Positions 25,848 to 39,612 are shown, numbered from the stretch's first letter. The stretch is 64,000 bases of DNA from Chrysomallon squamiferum (GCA_012295275.1 CM022673.1:7874001-7938000), one strand, 5' to 3'. The notes: generated from the sequence alone by a model not told the origin. Numbers and translations: made by a program.

Positions 25848-28790
25848 TCTCTTTGTTTTGAAATCATAACCTTCATATTCAACACTTCCAGCCTTTGAGA
25901 AAAATGATATCAAAGACTATATGTAACTAAACTGGGATCACAACAAACAACTCTATTGTTCCTGACGTGTGTACGAGATGATGGCAGCTTTAATCACACT
26001 GGTTAAATTTTAGATACAATGATTGTTCTCTTTACTATTAACAGAACTGAACTTGCTCCAGTTAACAGACTTACAGCTGTTATTGTAGACAAGGTGTCTA
26101 AGTATCAGCAGGCAGTAATTATTCCAACTTAAATTCAAATAAAAAAGAAATAAAAAAGGTATTCTGTTTTGATATACTGTACTAATTTCTCTCCATAAAA
26201 TTCTGACAGGTTTACAAAAAAAACACCCCAAAACCATAACAAAAAAATTGTACAATATATTCACAGAAATTATTAGGGCTTGAAACTTATAAACATAATT
26301 ATACTGCATCAAAATGTTTTTGTGTTCAAATCATAGGACTTGAACTTTCATTGAAAACCTGAACAAAAAAAATATATATATATAGATCTATATATAAAAA
26401 AAAAAAAAAATTCTTTCAAAATATAAATAAATAAACTAAAAAAAAAAATACATAAAACATTCTAAACAATTCCGTATCTCAACCAACTCCAAGTATCATG
26501 GATGGATAAACACATTCACTGATCATCAAGTGTGTCCAAATGCTTTAAATAGTTTCAAAGAAATGCAAGGATCCAAAAGCTTATTTAATGAATTACAAAC
26601 TGAATGGAAATCATTGGCTTTTATGAAATCTATACATTTCATTCACAGACTGAAACTGTGAGAAAACAAATAAACAGTTTCTATCTTCTTTTTTTGTTTT
26701 GTTTGTTGACAAAACAGAAAAGACGTAAAGAGTCTTTTATAAGCTCCTGACATACCGTTGAGCCAGAATAACAAATATTTTTAATAATTTAGCTCCGTAG
26801 CTGTTGCAAGTTCATCGTTGAGGGAGTCACAGCTAATAAAAGTTTTAAGGGTGAATTTATGGCTTTAAGGTAAAGACTGTATTGTCAGTGTTCATGCAGC
26901 TTTTATTACCGGAGAGACTAGAATATCCCTGATGAAAAGAATATATCCTGTGATTCTGTGGACAAACATCAGCGAAGTGTAAAATACTGTTATCTCACAA
27001 TCACTAACATCTACTTACTGACACTGTATTATTATACATGGATTCAGCTGTGTTACATACATTTGTTTACATGCTGCCGTTGTATTATATATAGTTATTT
27101 ACATACTGCCATTGTATCAGCGTTGTTTACACATCGCCATTGTATTACAGTTATTTACACTTTGCCAGTTTTACACTATTGTTTGCATGTTGCCATTGCC
27201 CTACACAGTTGTTACACAGTTACTTACGTATTGCCATTGTACTAAAATAGTCTGGATAATGTTATTGTATTATGTACAACTGTGTAGGTATTGTCACTGC
27301 ATTGTAAACAGTGATGTACTTACAGCCAGTTTCTTATGTATTTAATTGTGCAAAATATTGGTGTCACATTATGACAAACATATATATATATATAAACACA
27401 CATATGTACATATATACATAGTCACATGTACAGTGCAGTCGACTTATTATATTGTTTATGCTATGTACATACTGCTCATGTTGTACTAGATATAAACTAC
27501 ATATAATAATATACTTCTTTTTTAATATAAAAGTATGATGTATGTAATTGTGTTACTTAAAGTCTGCATAATGCTGTAAAATTACATATTACAATGTACG
27601 CACTGCTGACTTTATCTTGTAATACACAAAACCAATCAGATTATTTATTCTGAATTCAGCATCAAGACAGTCTTCAGACACTTTAAATATTACACATTTT
27701 ACATCAGTATTTCCGGCTGCATTATATCAACCTTTGATTTCTCCTTAATATAGAAAACATATCAAATTACTTCAATCTGCACTCATGCTCAAACGAAGAC
27801 TGAAAATTGTTAATATGAAATATTCAGGTGAATTTCCATTTCATTAATTCTGTCTTTGATTCCAGGTCCACTCTTGCCATTTACTAAGGCCACAATCCAT
27901 ATTCTCTATCACAGACCTCAGTGCTGTTATCAGCTGGACTGCTCTAAGACTCAAGAAGCAGCACCAATCAGAAATATCATTAAGGCTGAAAATAGCAGGT
28001 GAAAATTAAATTACAGCCAGCCAGAGTTTCTGGGTGGGAAAAAGGACTCACTGGCAAAATAACAAGTGTTTTAAGTCATTTTTTTTGTACTGTTTCAGAG
28101 ACAAGGGGGACTGCTTGTGACCCTTTCCATAACTTTTTAGAACACTACTGTTATGTTTTAAGATGTTTTTTTTTTGTTTTTTAAATTACGATTCAAGACT
28201 TAAAGCAGACTGACATGATCTTTATTAACGTTGGTCATCATCTGCTTGAAGTTCAATACCCAGCTATTGCATTACTAACTGAAAATTGTCAGCTGCTGTC
28301 TAACAATGACGACCTGCCATCATGTTAGTAACGTGACAGTGTTACGTGTTAAATTTGTGAGTAACACGTAATCACACACACACATCACTGATGTTGTCAC
28401 TGCTGCTGTAATTAACATATCTATTTTTAAAAGTGTCAAACTGTTTTCTCCTTCAGACCTCCACCTTCAAATTAGGCTGGCGATATTCATCTGAAATGAA
28501 GCATAGCTTCCTTGTGTGCTTTTCTTTTGCTGAATTTAAATGTGGTAAAGCATTTTTTAATAACCACCTCCATAATAATGTCTCTGCTGTACTGAGTGGT
28601 ACAGTTAATGGGTTTAACATACCATCCTGTGTGTGATATCACTGATATATTAATGTGACTCTGCTAAAAAGAGCAGGTTTGTTTCGCAGCATGCAGTCTG
28701 TAGTTTAATGCATGTAAATGTACAAAGAATGAATGGACTTCTAAACAAATATTTGTGCTAGTTATTAGGTGTCCAATATATTTCAGGAAG

Positions 28791-28824
<34 letters not shown>

Positions 28825-29055
28825 TTCTACTTCCTTCTTATCAATTATAATGATTACAAAAAAAAAAAAAAAAAAAAATAAAATAAAATAAAAAATTTAA
28901 AAAAAACATATCAAGGCTTTAGAAAAACCTGTTTTAGAGATTAGATAGTACAGGAAACAATTATGGTGTACGTGAAGGAGAATTAATGTAGTGTTTTTTT
29001 AGACCTTAGACACTCTACCTACTTTAATCAAATCCTACAACCAAGGATAGTCTAC

Positions 29056-29340
29056 TTCTGCCACTGAAAGCAAAACATTTCTACACTGATAACATCCTAC
29101 TCCTATCAGAAATTCAATACAATCCTACTGCTATGGACAGTCATTTCTGCCACTGAAAACAAAACATTTCTACACTGATAACATCCTACTCCTATCAGAA
29201 ATTCAATACAATCCTACTGCTATGGACAGTCATTTCTGCCACTGAAAGCAAAACATTTCTACACTGATAACATCCTACTCCTATCAGAAATTCAATACAA
29301 TCCTACTGCTATGGACAGTCATTTCTGCTACTGAAAACAA
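29056..29340. repeat. Minisatellite, 89-bp unit, ~3.2 near-identical copies
   Basis: ttctgc(c/t)actgaaa recurs at 29056, 29145, 29234 and 29323; degenerate flanks extend ~29010-29480. Confidence 0.92.
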
Positions 29341-30186
29341 TACGTTTGTGCCACTGACTACAGCCTACTTTTACCACAAACTACAACCTACCCCATCCAG
29401 TAACTATAACTGATTGTAGCATTAAGGATAGTATACTTCTACTACTGATTACAGTACCAATTATAGTCTACTTCAATTAATAACTCTTTTTTTTTAAACA
29501 TTTCTATGTATTAAACAAATTCAACAGTGAAAGGATAAAATGTTAGCCTTCATTTTGTTTTACTGTCGTACCTTATTATTAACAAACAGCAGGGTTTATT
29601 AAACCAATAAAACAACAAGTTGGAACTATACAAAAAATTGTGTTATAAGTAAAGGTGCACTTCTGTTCTGCCAAGAATGTAATTATCTAGAAGATAAATG
29701 AGATAAGTTGGTATGTAAATATTAACATCTGTAACTACATTTCTAATACAGTTTCAAATTATTTTACGAAACAAATAGCTAGTAAAGGCAGTTAACCACA
29801 CCCATGACAAAACATGCTTGAAATCAATAGATGCAAGAATACTAACAAATTCCTGACTAACCTAATTCAGGTATTTATGAGACATACTTAAACATGAATA
29901 TTAAAGATTTATGTGTAACGTACTGGTTCAGAACATATTAAACATACATACATACATACTTACATACATACATACATACATATATATTGTGAAAGATAAA
30001 AACAACAAGCATGTCAGGTCTGCTTGACATTCAGCAGAAACAAAGATATTAATAATTGATCAATGTACATTTTAAAAATATATATGTAGTTTGTATCTTT
30101 ACAAAATTAAGGCCCCATGTTCACAGCCTTTCAAATATGTATATAATTTATGTATTTTTAAAAACAGAAAGAAAAAAACACCTCTC

Positions 30187-30243
<57 letters not shown>

Positions 30244-30896
30244 GCACACATATATACAGACAAACATATACAAATACATGCATAGACACATGCACATTTA
30301 ATTTGTACATCAGTTTTATTTCTGAAAGCCCCATTTTATATAAAAACCCATCAATTTGTCATTACATCAGATGATCACAATATTAAAATGGGTGATTTGA
30401 AATGTAACAAGTTCTGAATGTGACCTACAACAGTTCTGCAAACAGCTGTGAAGATTACCTGTTGTAGCTTATAACAAAAATACACATATCTGTCAATCAC
30501 AAATAAAGGGCATGTATAAAATATTATCTCTTTGTTTTTTGGTCATGAATGCTATCTAAAACTGTCTGAAGTGCAGTGACATCAACAAACAAGTTATGTG
30601 TGACAGTTAATCATAAAATATTTTAAATATAGTTCTTACATACAACAATAAGACAAAACAAATATATACCTTCTGGTTCATTAAAGAGTTCATATATTTT
30701 TTATTCTATTTTCTTTTTTTCTTTTTTTTTCTATTCTAAAATTTATAACAGAAAGATCTTAGATCAATTACTTAAGAAGGCAAAGAAAAAAATATGACTG
30801 AATAATATTTGTATAACAATACTTAGACTGCATCAATGATTGGAGTTGATTTTATCACTGGCAGTTGTAGGAACAGACTGTCGTGACTGGAGTAGA

Positions 30897-31560
30897 CTAT
30901 ATCAGTGATAGAAGTAAATATATCACTGGCAGGAATATACTGTCAGTGTTAGGAACAGCTTATATGACTAGTAGGAGCAGACAATGTTAGTGAAAGTAGA
31001 CTGTATCAAAGACTGGAGCAGGCTATATCAGTGATAGAAGTAAATATATCACTGGCAGGAATATACTGTCAGTGATAGGAACAGCTTATATCACTAGTAG
31101 GAGCAGACAATGTTAGTGAAAGTACACTGTATCAAAGACTAGAGCAGGCTATATTAGTGATAGAAGTAAATATATCACTGGCAGGAATATACTGTCAGTG
31201 ATAGGAACAGCTTATATCACTAGTAGGAGCAGACAGTATTAGTAATAGTAGACTGCATGAAAGACTGGAGCAGGCTATATTAGTGATAGAAGTAAATATA
31301 TCACTGGCAGGAATATACTGTCAGTGATAGGAACAGCTTATATCACTAGTAGGAGCAGACAATGTTAGTGAAAGTACACTGTATCAAAGACTGGAGCAGG
31401 CTATATCAGTGATAGAAGTAAATATATCACTGGCAGGAATATACTGTCAGTGATAGGAACAGCTTATATCACTAGTAGGAGCAGACAATGTTAATAATAG
31501 TAGACTGCATGAAAGACTGGAGCAGGCTATATTAGTGATAGGAGTATGTTATATCAGGTG
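30897..31560. repeat. Minisatellite, 126-bp higher-order unit (~6 x ~21-bp monomers), ~5.2 copies
   Basis: gaagtaaatatatcactggcagg recurs at 30911, 31037, 31163, 31289 and 31415 (period 126); degenerate monomers from ~30830. Confidence 0.95.
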
Positions 31561-31911
31561 TAGGAGTGGGCAGAAGGCACAAAGTATCCAGGAGAAAATG
31601 GTTCCTTAACAAGAAATTGTTTGCTATTTTTACTTTATTATTCATTTTTTTTTTATTCATGTGTCCCAGAAAGCCTTGTTAATATGTAGTAGTTAACTGC
31701 AGAAGATTATCAAATCACACAAAACCGATACATTCCAACAACAGTATAATAATTACTAATAAGATTCATGCACAGATATTATTGACATGTTGTATAAAAC
31801 TGTTACTTTAAACATGATATTAACATGTAGTTGTTAACTGCAGAAGATGATCTTTAAAAAGTTAGCTATTTCATAAATGGTATTTTTATTCGTATTGTGC
31901 AATGCTCATCC

Positions 31912-31942
<31 letters not shown>

Positions 31943-33305
31943 TACAAGAAGCAATTATAGAACCCACTAAAAAAATTGTGATGTATTTATGAAGTTTAGG
32001 CATGTTTGTCATGGGCACAACCTTTTAGCAAATCCGTAACATTTCCAGAAACCTTTATTGTATTTTACATGTAGGTAAATTGCAGATCATTAACAAAAAA
32101 AGAAACAAAAAAACAGATAGAAAAACATCGTCATTATTATTATTATTATCACCATTATTTTAAATTTAAAAAAAAAAAAACACATCTATAACTACTTTAT
32201 TTTATCTATATTCCTTCATGAAGTTCAGGTATATATATTCCATGGGCATTATGTTTGATATTGGACCAAATCCGTGAAGTTCCCGAAATCTTCGCTAATA
32301 CACATATACAAGTCATTAAATATGTTGGAAAAAATAAAAAAAATAAAAGTAAAAGAAACATTCAGGCACATATTTAATGGTCATCATATACAGTAGTGCC
32401 AGATTATCAGCAGATTTCATGTAGTGATAATCATAGAAGATTAACATTGTTTTGCAACAATAAACAACACTGAACCTGTGAAATGATGATCACCATTACA
32501 GTATTTTTATTTTTTTATTTATTTAAAGTGAAATCAGTTGGTAGAGGGACAGAAGCAACTGTTTGATTCAACTGTGTAAACATGGGTGGAGAATCTGAAG
32601 TGAAAACACATTTTTCACTCAGCTGTTAAAAAACCAGTCATTGTTAATGAGAGATTTAGACTGGGATCAATTTTGATGTAAAATTGGAAAAAGTGTTTTT
32701 GATGTAGTTGCTGTTTTTTTTATTAATATGTGGGGGTGATCAACAGATTTCCCCTATTTATTATTATTATTTTATGTATTTTTAAAAAATAAAAATTATT
32801 GTTATTGTTATTATATATTGTTTTTCTGCAAAAACAAGAAATTCTCATACCGTTTTAAAAAAAAAACGTAACAAAAAAAAAATATCATTACCAGCAGCAA
32901 AACAGATTCATAACATTCACTCTTAAAATAATGGAATTTCTTTGGTTTAGGATTTCATAAAAAAAAAAAAAAAATAAAATAATAATAATAATAATGATAA
33001 CAATAATAATAAAAAAAAAAAAAAAAAACAATTAGATCTAGATACTTAAAAATGTATTTTTACATTTTAATATTTCTTTTTTTTTTTTTATTTAAATATA
33101 TTATGATATTTGTTAGTCCTTTTTTTTTTTTTCCCCTTTTTTTTTTTTTAGTTTATTTATTTTTATACACTGATTCATCTTATAAACTTTATTATCTAGA
33201 CATTCTGCTATTTGTCATGTAATGTAAATGTTTTTAAGCAGCAATGTGGGTTGGTAGAATCTGATAAACAGATATAGTGGTTAAGAAATTACTACTAGTT
33301 CATAC

Positions 33306-33313
33306 TGACGTCA
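33306..33313. promoter_or_regulatory. Full CRE palindrome TGACGTCA
   Basis: Exact match in a unique-sequence island at 33240-33420. Confidence 0.3.
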
Positions 33314-33474
33314 ATACCTGTTGTTTAGTGTCGACATCTGACATGTTATCATCACCTCAAGCTAAAATATGTAGCTTAGAATTTATTAACAGAAATAGCT
33401 TTCAGATGAATAATTAACCTCATTATTATACATATCAGTATTTAAATTTGTGATATTAGTGCAGTAATAATACT

Positions 33475-33615
33475 AGTACTAGTTCTATTAGTAGTAGTAG
33501 TAACAGTAATGGTAGTAGTAGTAGTAGTAGTAACAGTAATGGTAGTAGTAGTAGTAGTAGTGATATTCAAGAAACAGTAATGGCAGCAGTAAGAGTAATA
33601 ACAGCAGCAACATCA
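33475..33615. repeat. Degenerate (TAG/CAG)n trinucleotide repeat
   Basis: agtagtagt runs with a 30-bp internal duplication. Confidence 0.85.
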
Positions 33616-33979
33616 GAAATAATTTTATATAATTTTTATTTAATTCGAAAAAATAATATAATCATTTTAAAATATGCCTGAGGATATCAATGTAATTCAT
33701 TTGAAATGGCAATGTTTTTTTATTTTTTTTTTTTTTTTTGTAACTAAAGTAATAAAAAAGTATTTAAAAAACAATAATAATAATAATAATATTTAAAACA
33801 TTACAAATATCCCGGCATGTAATATATTTAAAAACATACTTCTGCTTTCATTCTGAATCTTTTATTAAGGAGTCAAAAAAGCTATCCAAACTTTGAACTG
33901 CAAATTTCTAATTTACTGAAAAATCTTATGATTAATAATTTACTGATAATATTTTTCTTTTGGATACAGACAGAAAGAC

Positions 33980-34030
<51 letters not shown>

Positions 34031-34460
34031 CTTTTTTTCTTTTTTTTTGTATACATAAGACTGTTTCACATAAACAGGTAACATTCATACCTGTGTATAA
34101 ATAATAACTGTTTGTTTTGTTTTGTTTGTCATCGGAGCAGGTCAGCAGAGTTGAATGCCTCACCTGACATGGACAATCATAAACAGGTAATAAAAAGGAA
34201 GATATTAAAAGAACAAAGCGTTAACAGGTCAGATAGGTATCTAATAGCATTTAATGACTTTCGTCAGGCCCCAGAAATATCAAAAATTTTATGAGTGAAA
34301 ACATTTTTACATCAGACATTAAATACATTTGTTCCTTTGAAAGGAATTGTTAACAGTAAATACATAAAACTGTGCTGTGAGTTTGTGGTTTCCATCTCTC
34401 CTATGTCTGTAACCCACCAACTTTATTACTTTTTATAATGATTAGAGGAATGCAAATATT

Positions 34461-34703
34461 TCATTACTAGTAATATTTCATAGTGCTACTGCTGCTGATT
34501 TTAGTATTACTACAACTGCTACTTCTGTTGTGATTACTACTATTTGTTCTACTACTTCCACAATAACTACTACTTCTATTATTTCTACAATTTCTGCTAC
34601 TTCTACCATATCTGTTTTTATAAACACTCCTGCTGTTATTACTATTACTACTGCTACTTCTTCTATTACTACTACTATTGTTATTACTATTACTTCTATT
34701 AGT
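34461..34703. repeat. Degenerate (CTA/TTA)n trinucleotide tract
   Basis: 3-bp periodicity; source of the spurious Ser/Asn- and Thr/Ile-rich ORFs. Confidence 0.85.
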
Positions 34704-35071
34704 AATGCAAATATTCATCATTTTCATCTTTAATGTTAATAAAAAAAAAACACAATAATATTTTAGTAAAGCCAAAAAAGAAAAATTATTAGTTATTATT
34801 TGTAAGATTTTAATTTAGTTTTTTCTTCTTCATCTTTCTAATACATAATTCAAATTGTTAATCTTTCATATTAGTTCAAACATTCAAAAAAAACAGAGAA
34901 TAAGATTTAAAAAAACCTACTATTTTTACAGTTGTTCTTAATGATCAATAATTTTTAATATAAAAATTAAAAATAACATACAAATGGCTTTCTGTAAAAC
35001 ATTTCTAGTAATCTATTCAGTTTTTTTAGTCATATATCTTAAATATATATGTACATGTCTGTGTGTGTGTC

Positions 35072-35112
<41 letters not shown>

Positions 35113-35462
35113 ACATACACAAACACAAAACAAAAAACAAAAAAACCATGTAAACTGAATGAATATTTTTGTATATATATGTACGAGTGTCTGAGTGTCT
35201 GTAACTGGATGGATTATATATTTATGTGTTTATGTACGTATGTATGTATGTATATATAGGTAGGTATGTACAAATGAAAAAAAAAAAATTCAAACGACAA
35301 TCTATTTAAGAATTTCATTCCTTATATTCGCATTCCTTCTAAAAGGACTAAAACAGAACTGCCTTCTCACCTTCATGTTATTTCCACTTGATGTGTTTGG
35401 GTTTTTTTTTTTGTTCTTCTTCTTCTCTAAGTCAATTCCATGCATTTGTCACAGCCACCCAC

Positions 35463-35481
35463 GTGAACAGCACACCCCCAT
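35463..35481 (-). CDS. Candidate alternative coding first exon encoding dual-acylation N-terminus MGVCCS plus a phase-1 base
   Basis: Strong start context AACAACATGG, then ATG GGG GTG TGC TGT TCA C|gtgggt. Matches the MGxxxS myristoylation consensus with adjacent Cys-Cys; phase matches exon 7255-7323. Confidence 0.55.
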
Positions 35482-35801
35482 GTTGTTAAGCAGCCTGCCT
35501 GTAGCTGCAGCTTCCTGTTTTCATTACTTCGCCACAGCCATCACAGCAGCACATCTTTGAGTCTATTTTCAGAATTCCAATTGATTTCTTTTCTTCTTCT
35601 TCTTTTATTTTATCTTTTTTTTATTTTATTTTATTTTATTTTATTTTATTTTTAAATTCAAAAAAAAAAAAAAAGAAAGAAAAAAGAAACTATGTACTTT
35701 GCTTATGTGTTTCTATTTTTCAACCTGATCCAGCCCTCATGTTATGTGGGTTTTTTTTGAAACATTACAGATGCTTGGCGAAGTGACAAAACACAGGGTC
35801 C

Positions 35802-35821
35802 TGCAGCTAAATATAGCTGCA
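35802..35821. promoter_or_regulatory. MEF2 site CTAAATATAG within near-palindrome TGCAGCTAAATATAGCTGCA
   Basis: Fits CTA(A/T)4TAG; ~330 bp upstream of the MGVCCS ATG. Confidence 0.4.
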
Positions 35822-38800
35822 AGTTTCTATTTCTGTCAGTCTAAAACTAACAAAGACATGAACCTATTGACCAAGGTAAATTGCTTTCATCACTGGAAAC
35901 AATTTTTACAAGTTCCTCAAGCGACTTCGTCCTTTCTTGTGGAGAATGTCACGATGTGTTTGTAGTTTTATCAGCAACGCAATCATCATAGCAGGAAATA
36001 CACGCAATTTGTTTTTAAATATTATCTGAAATGGTTTAATATAGATGCATGTCATCATCATCATCATCATCATCATGATCGTCATTAGATGAAAATGATG
36101 AAAAAGATTAAGTAATCAGAAACAGCACAATTTAGAACTACATATTTTTGAAACAGGTTCTATGACATGAAGATTCAGAATGTCTGAGTTTAGTATTATG
36201 ATATTTCCAAGCGTTGCCAACAAATAAACCAGACCTACTGTCAGCTTTCATTTTCTCGGACAAACACTGGGTTTTTCAAAAACAAACATGACAACACAAT
36301 GCAACAAAGGAGATTATCCCCCCCCCCCACTCATCCAGTCTTCGCTGGTTTTCAAGGAGGCATCGTACTTCTAGTGTATTCCATTGTGGTTTTTGCAGCT
36401 TCTCGATACATACAACAGGAGGAAAGATAAAAATTGCCAAATCTTTGATAATCCTTTCTGATCCCCAGAGACAACTTTGACAGTACTTTAGAAGTGTCGT
36501 TTCAGAAAACATTTCACACATTTTTAGAGAGCATGCATTAGGAATGTGACTTGAGATAATGTGGTATTTATGTTTGAGGTATTTCATGAAAGTTTGTTCA
36601 AGCTTTTGAAAGATCTTTTTTTTTTCCATTTTCTTTTTCTCTTCTCTTGTAAATTACTGGAGATGCGTTCATGTTTTGTTTGCAACTTTTTCTCAGTATT
36701 TTTAATCATTTAAACATTCTTGCCATTTTCTTTTTCTTTCTTCATTATTACAAACAAGTGGATGTATTGTTCTCAAACCTTTTCTCAATAATCGTTTATG
36801 ATATTTTTATTTTTTTCCTTTTCTAAATTATTAGATAATTCTGTAACATTTTCTTTGTATTCTTCTTTAATCATTCAAGAAATTTGCTATTATCTAACAA
36901 AATGACAGTAAATAAAAAAAAAAACAGTGGCTATAAAATATTATCATCAGTTTTTAGCAAAGGAAGACTTTAAAAAAAAAAAAAACCCCAAAAACCGTAC
37001 ATAAGGAAAGTTCCATATATATGCCCATTGTATATTTGTGTACATACATATTTTTCTATATTATTTCTGTATGTCTGTCATTCACACAAACACAGAATGT
37101 TTGTGCATGTGCATGTTTTTGAACATTATTTTGTATATGCATGTAGATGTGCCAGTTTTTTCTATATGTATGCCATCAACAACAAGAGTGCAAACATGAC
37201 ATGTTTCTATGTCTGTCTGTAATTCAGTGTCTATATAAAAACTATACAAAAACACATGCATGTACATGTGTTTATTACGAAGCACAGGAAATGCTTCAAA
37301 GCATTACACAAGTCTTTATATCCTGCAGGCCTTGAGACAAATGTTATTCAACTTTGTGCTTGTTCCACACAGGAGGGAGGAACCAGACTGCAGTCCAGTG
37401 GTTAGAGCCACGGAGTGAAGTATGAAGGTAAACAAGATCAATTCTCCGTACATGAAGATGTGTGTGGGTTGTAGCTCATTTGTTGCAGCAGCGACATGAA
37501 CTGTGGCTATCACACATCATGTTATAAAAAATTTATCCAAGGAGATTTAATGTGGTTTTTTTTCTGTCTATGAGAAGGTGAATTTCAAGATTTACTGCTG
37601 CTAACTGATAACATTGGTCAATGGAAAAAACCAGAAGCTGGTTTCATTAATATAACGTATTTACAGATGTATAAATGTTTTGTTTCTATGTATGTATGTA
37701 TATATGGGTGTGTGTAAATGTATATGTATATGTTTATGTATATGTATATGTATGTATTTCCATGTGTGTGACTGCCAGACATTGTCAGTTTTGATACCAA
37801 ATAAGCATTAAAAGCAAAAAAAATGTATTTATGTTCATTGGTTCTATATACTGAAGAGATCTAGCTAACACATTTACACAAGCATAGTGATTTCCTCTAT
37901 TAAAAAATGTATGAGAACTGCAGTTCAGTCATATATAATACAGTAGACTGGTAGTGATTATAAATGACAATGCCATGCCAAGCAACCATTAAATTCACTG
38001 ATATATTCAGCTATTTTTGGAACAGCAAGACTAAAAATATTTACCAAGGTTGTTTGATGAGTTCAGGATACACTGTATTATATTTCAGATGAAATATTTC
38101 CAATAAAAGTGGGTTTTATATATATATTTTTTTTTTTTTTTTTTATTATATACTTGGCTATAGTTCACATACAAACTTACTTTATATTTCTGAAAGGAAA
38201 AGGATCAATCCTGCACAACAAGATATGAGCAGTATATATACTTTTATTATTTTCTATTAGACTTAAAGTAACTGGTTTATAAAAGGCTGGAGGTGTGTGT
38301 TTTGCTGCCTATGGTAAGCTATGCAATATTGAAATTGTTGTGCTATAGGTAAGAATATGACAGTGAGTATCATGTCTTCTGTCATCATTACACACAAAAA
38401 CAACATCTGATTTCTAATAAATGTTTCTAATAAAATCTGTCATTTTAATAAACCAGTATTAATTTATTCTTTTGTAATTAAAAATAATAGCCATTTCGTA
38501 ATATTTTGGGAACAAATATTTTGATTACAGTATACTTGTTTTATGAACTTTACAATAAAATGTTTTATTAAGCCATAGTTCACATCTAAATATAGTTCAA
38601 TTATTTTTATATTGTGTGTGTGTGTGTGTGTGTCTGAATTATTAAAAGAAATAAAAAATTTAAAAATAAATCTTTCTCGATTAAACCATCCATAACGTTG
38701 GTTGAAATAATGACAAATAGTACAAAAAGGTTAAATACTTGTTATGATGTCAATTTATTTTACTAAAATATCTTTTTATCAGGTTATTGACACTGGAAAG

Positions 38801-39002
38801 CTCAACATTATCATGCTACATAAAAGAGAGTAAAAATAGACATGAAAAACATTTTAAATATTTCTTCTATGGAGTGATTATACACCAACAGACAGGCAGT
38901 CAGGCGAACAGACAGATAAATGCATAGGTAATTAAGTGCACACACGTACACACAAACATTATTATTATTGTTAAACGTCATTATTTATTTTATTTATTTT
39001 AC

Positions 39003-39048
<46 letters not shown>

Positions 39049-39311
39049 TATATGTACATACGTACAGATAAATTGAGATAACAATCACAATCATTATAAA
39101 ACAATTCAATTCTTATTGTTACTTTCAAAATGAAGTAGGGGAAAAAACAAACTGTTTTGTTTCTTTTCCCTTTTTGTATCTTTTGTTTATCATTTTTTCT
39201 TTATTTTACTATTTCTCTCACTCTTTTTTTTTTTTTTTAATAATATCTACCTACCTCCCTGTATTTTATTTTCATCTTACATTTCTATATCCTTGTACAT
39301 ACTATCTCTCT

Positions 39312-39400
<89 letters not shown>

Positions 39401-39612
39401 TATAAAACTATCAGTCCATGTTAATAAGTCACTGTATTACCTTAGAAGCATCTACAAGACATCTTCTGAACCACAGTGACCTCAGTTCAATTCTTCTCAA
39501 ATCCTAAGCAAACAGTTTCATCAATCTACATTTTCCAAACATGACCAGACTAGTAGTACACAGTTTTGTCATTAAACAACACATACATATATATTTTGTT
39601 CAAAAATGATCA

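Noticed and set aside
30900-31430. TATCAGTGATAGA matches the core of the bacterial tetO operator
   Set aside because: It is part of a native minisatellite monomer with no vector context; a coincidental inverted GATA pair.
34467-34775. Ser/Asn/Arg-rich and Thr/Ile-rich mucin-like ORFs
   Set aside because: Products of a degenerate trinucleotide repeat with no flanking splice signals.
37373-37427. Plus-strand acceptor/donor pair
   Set aside because: Stops in all three frames, and no other plus-strand exons to join.
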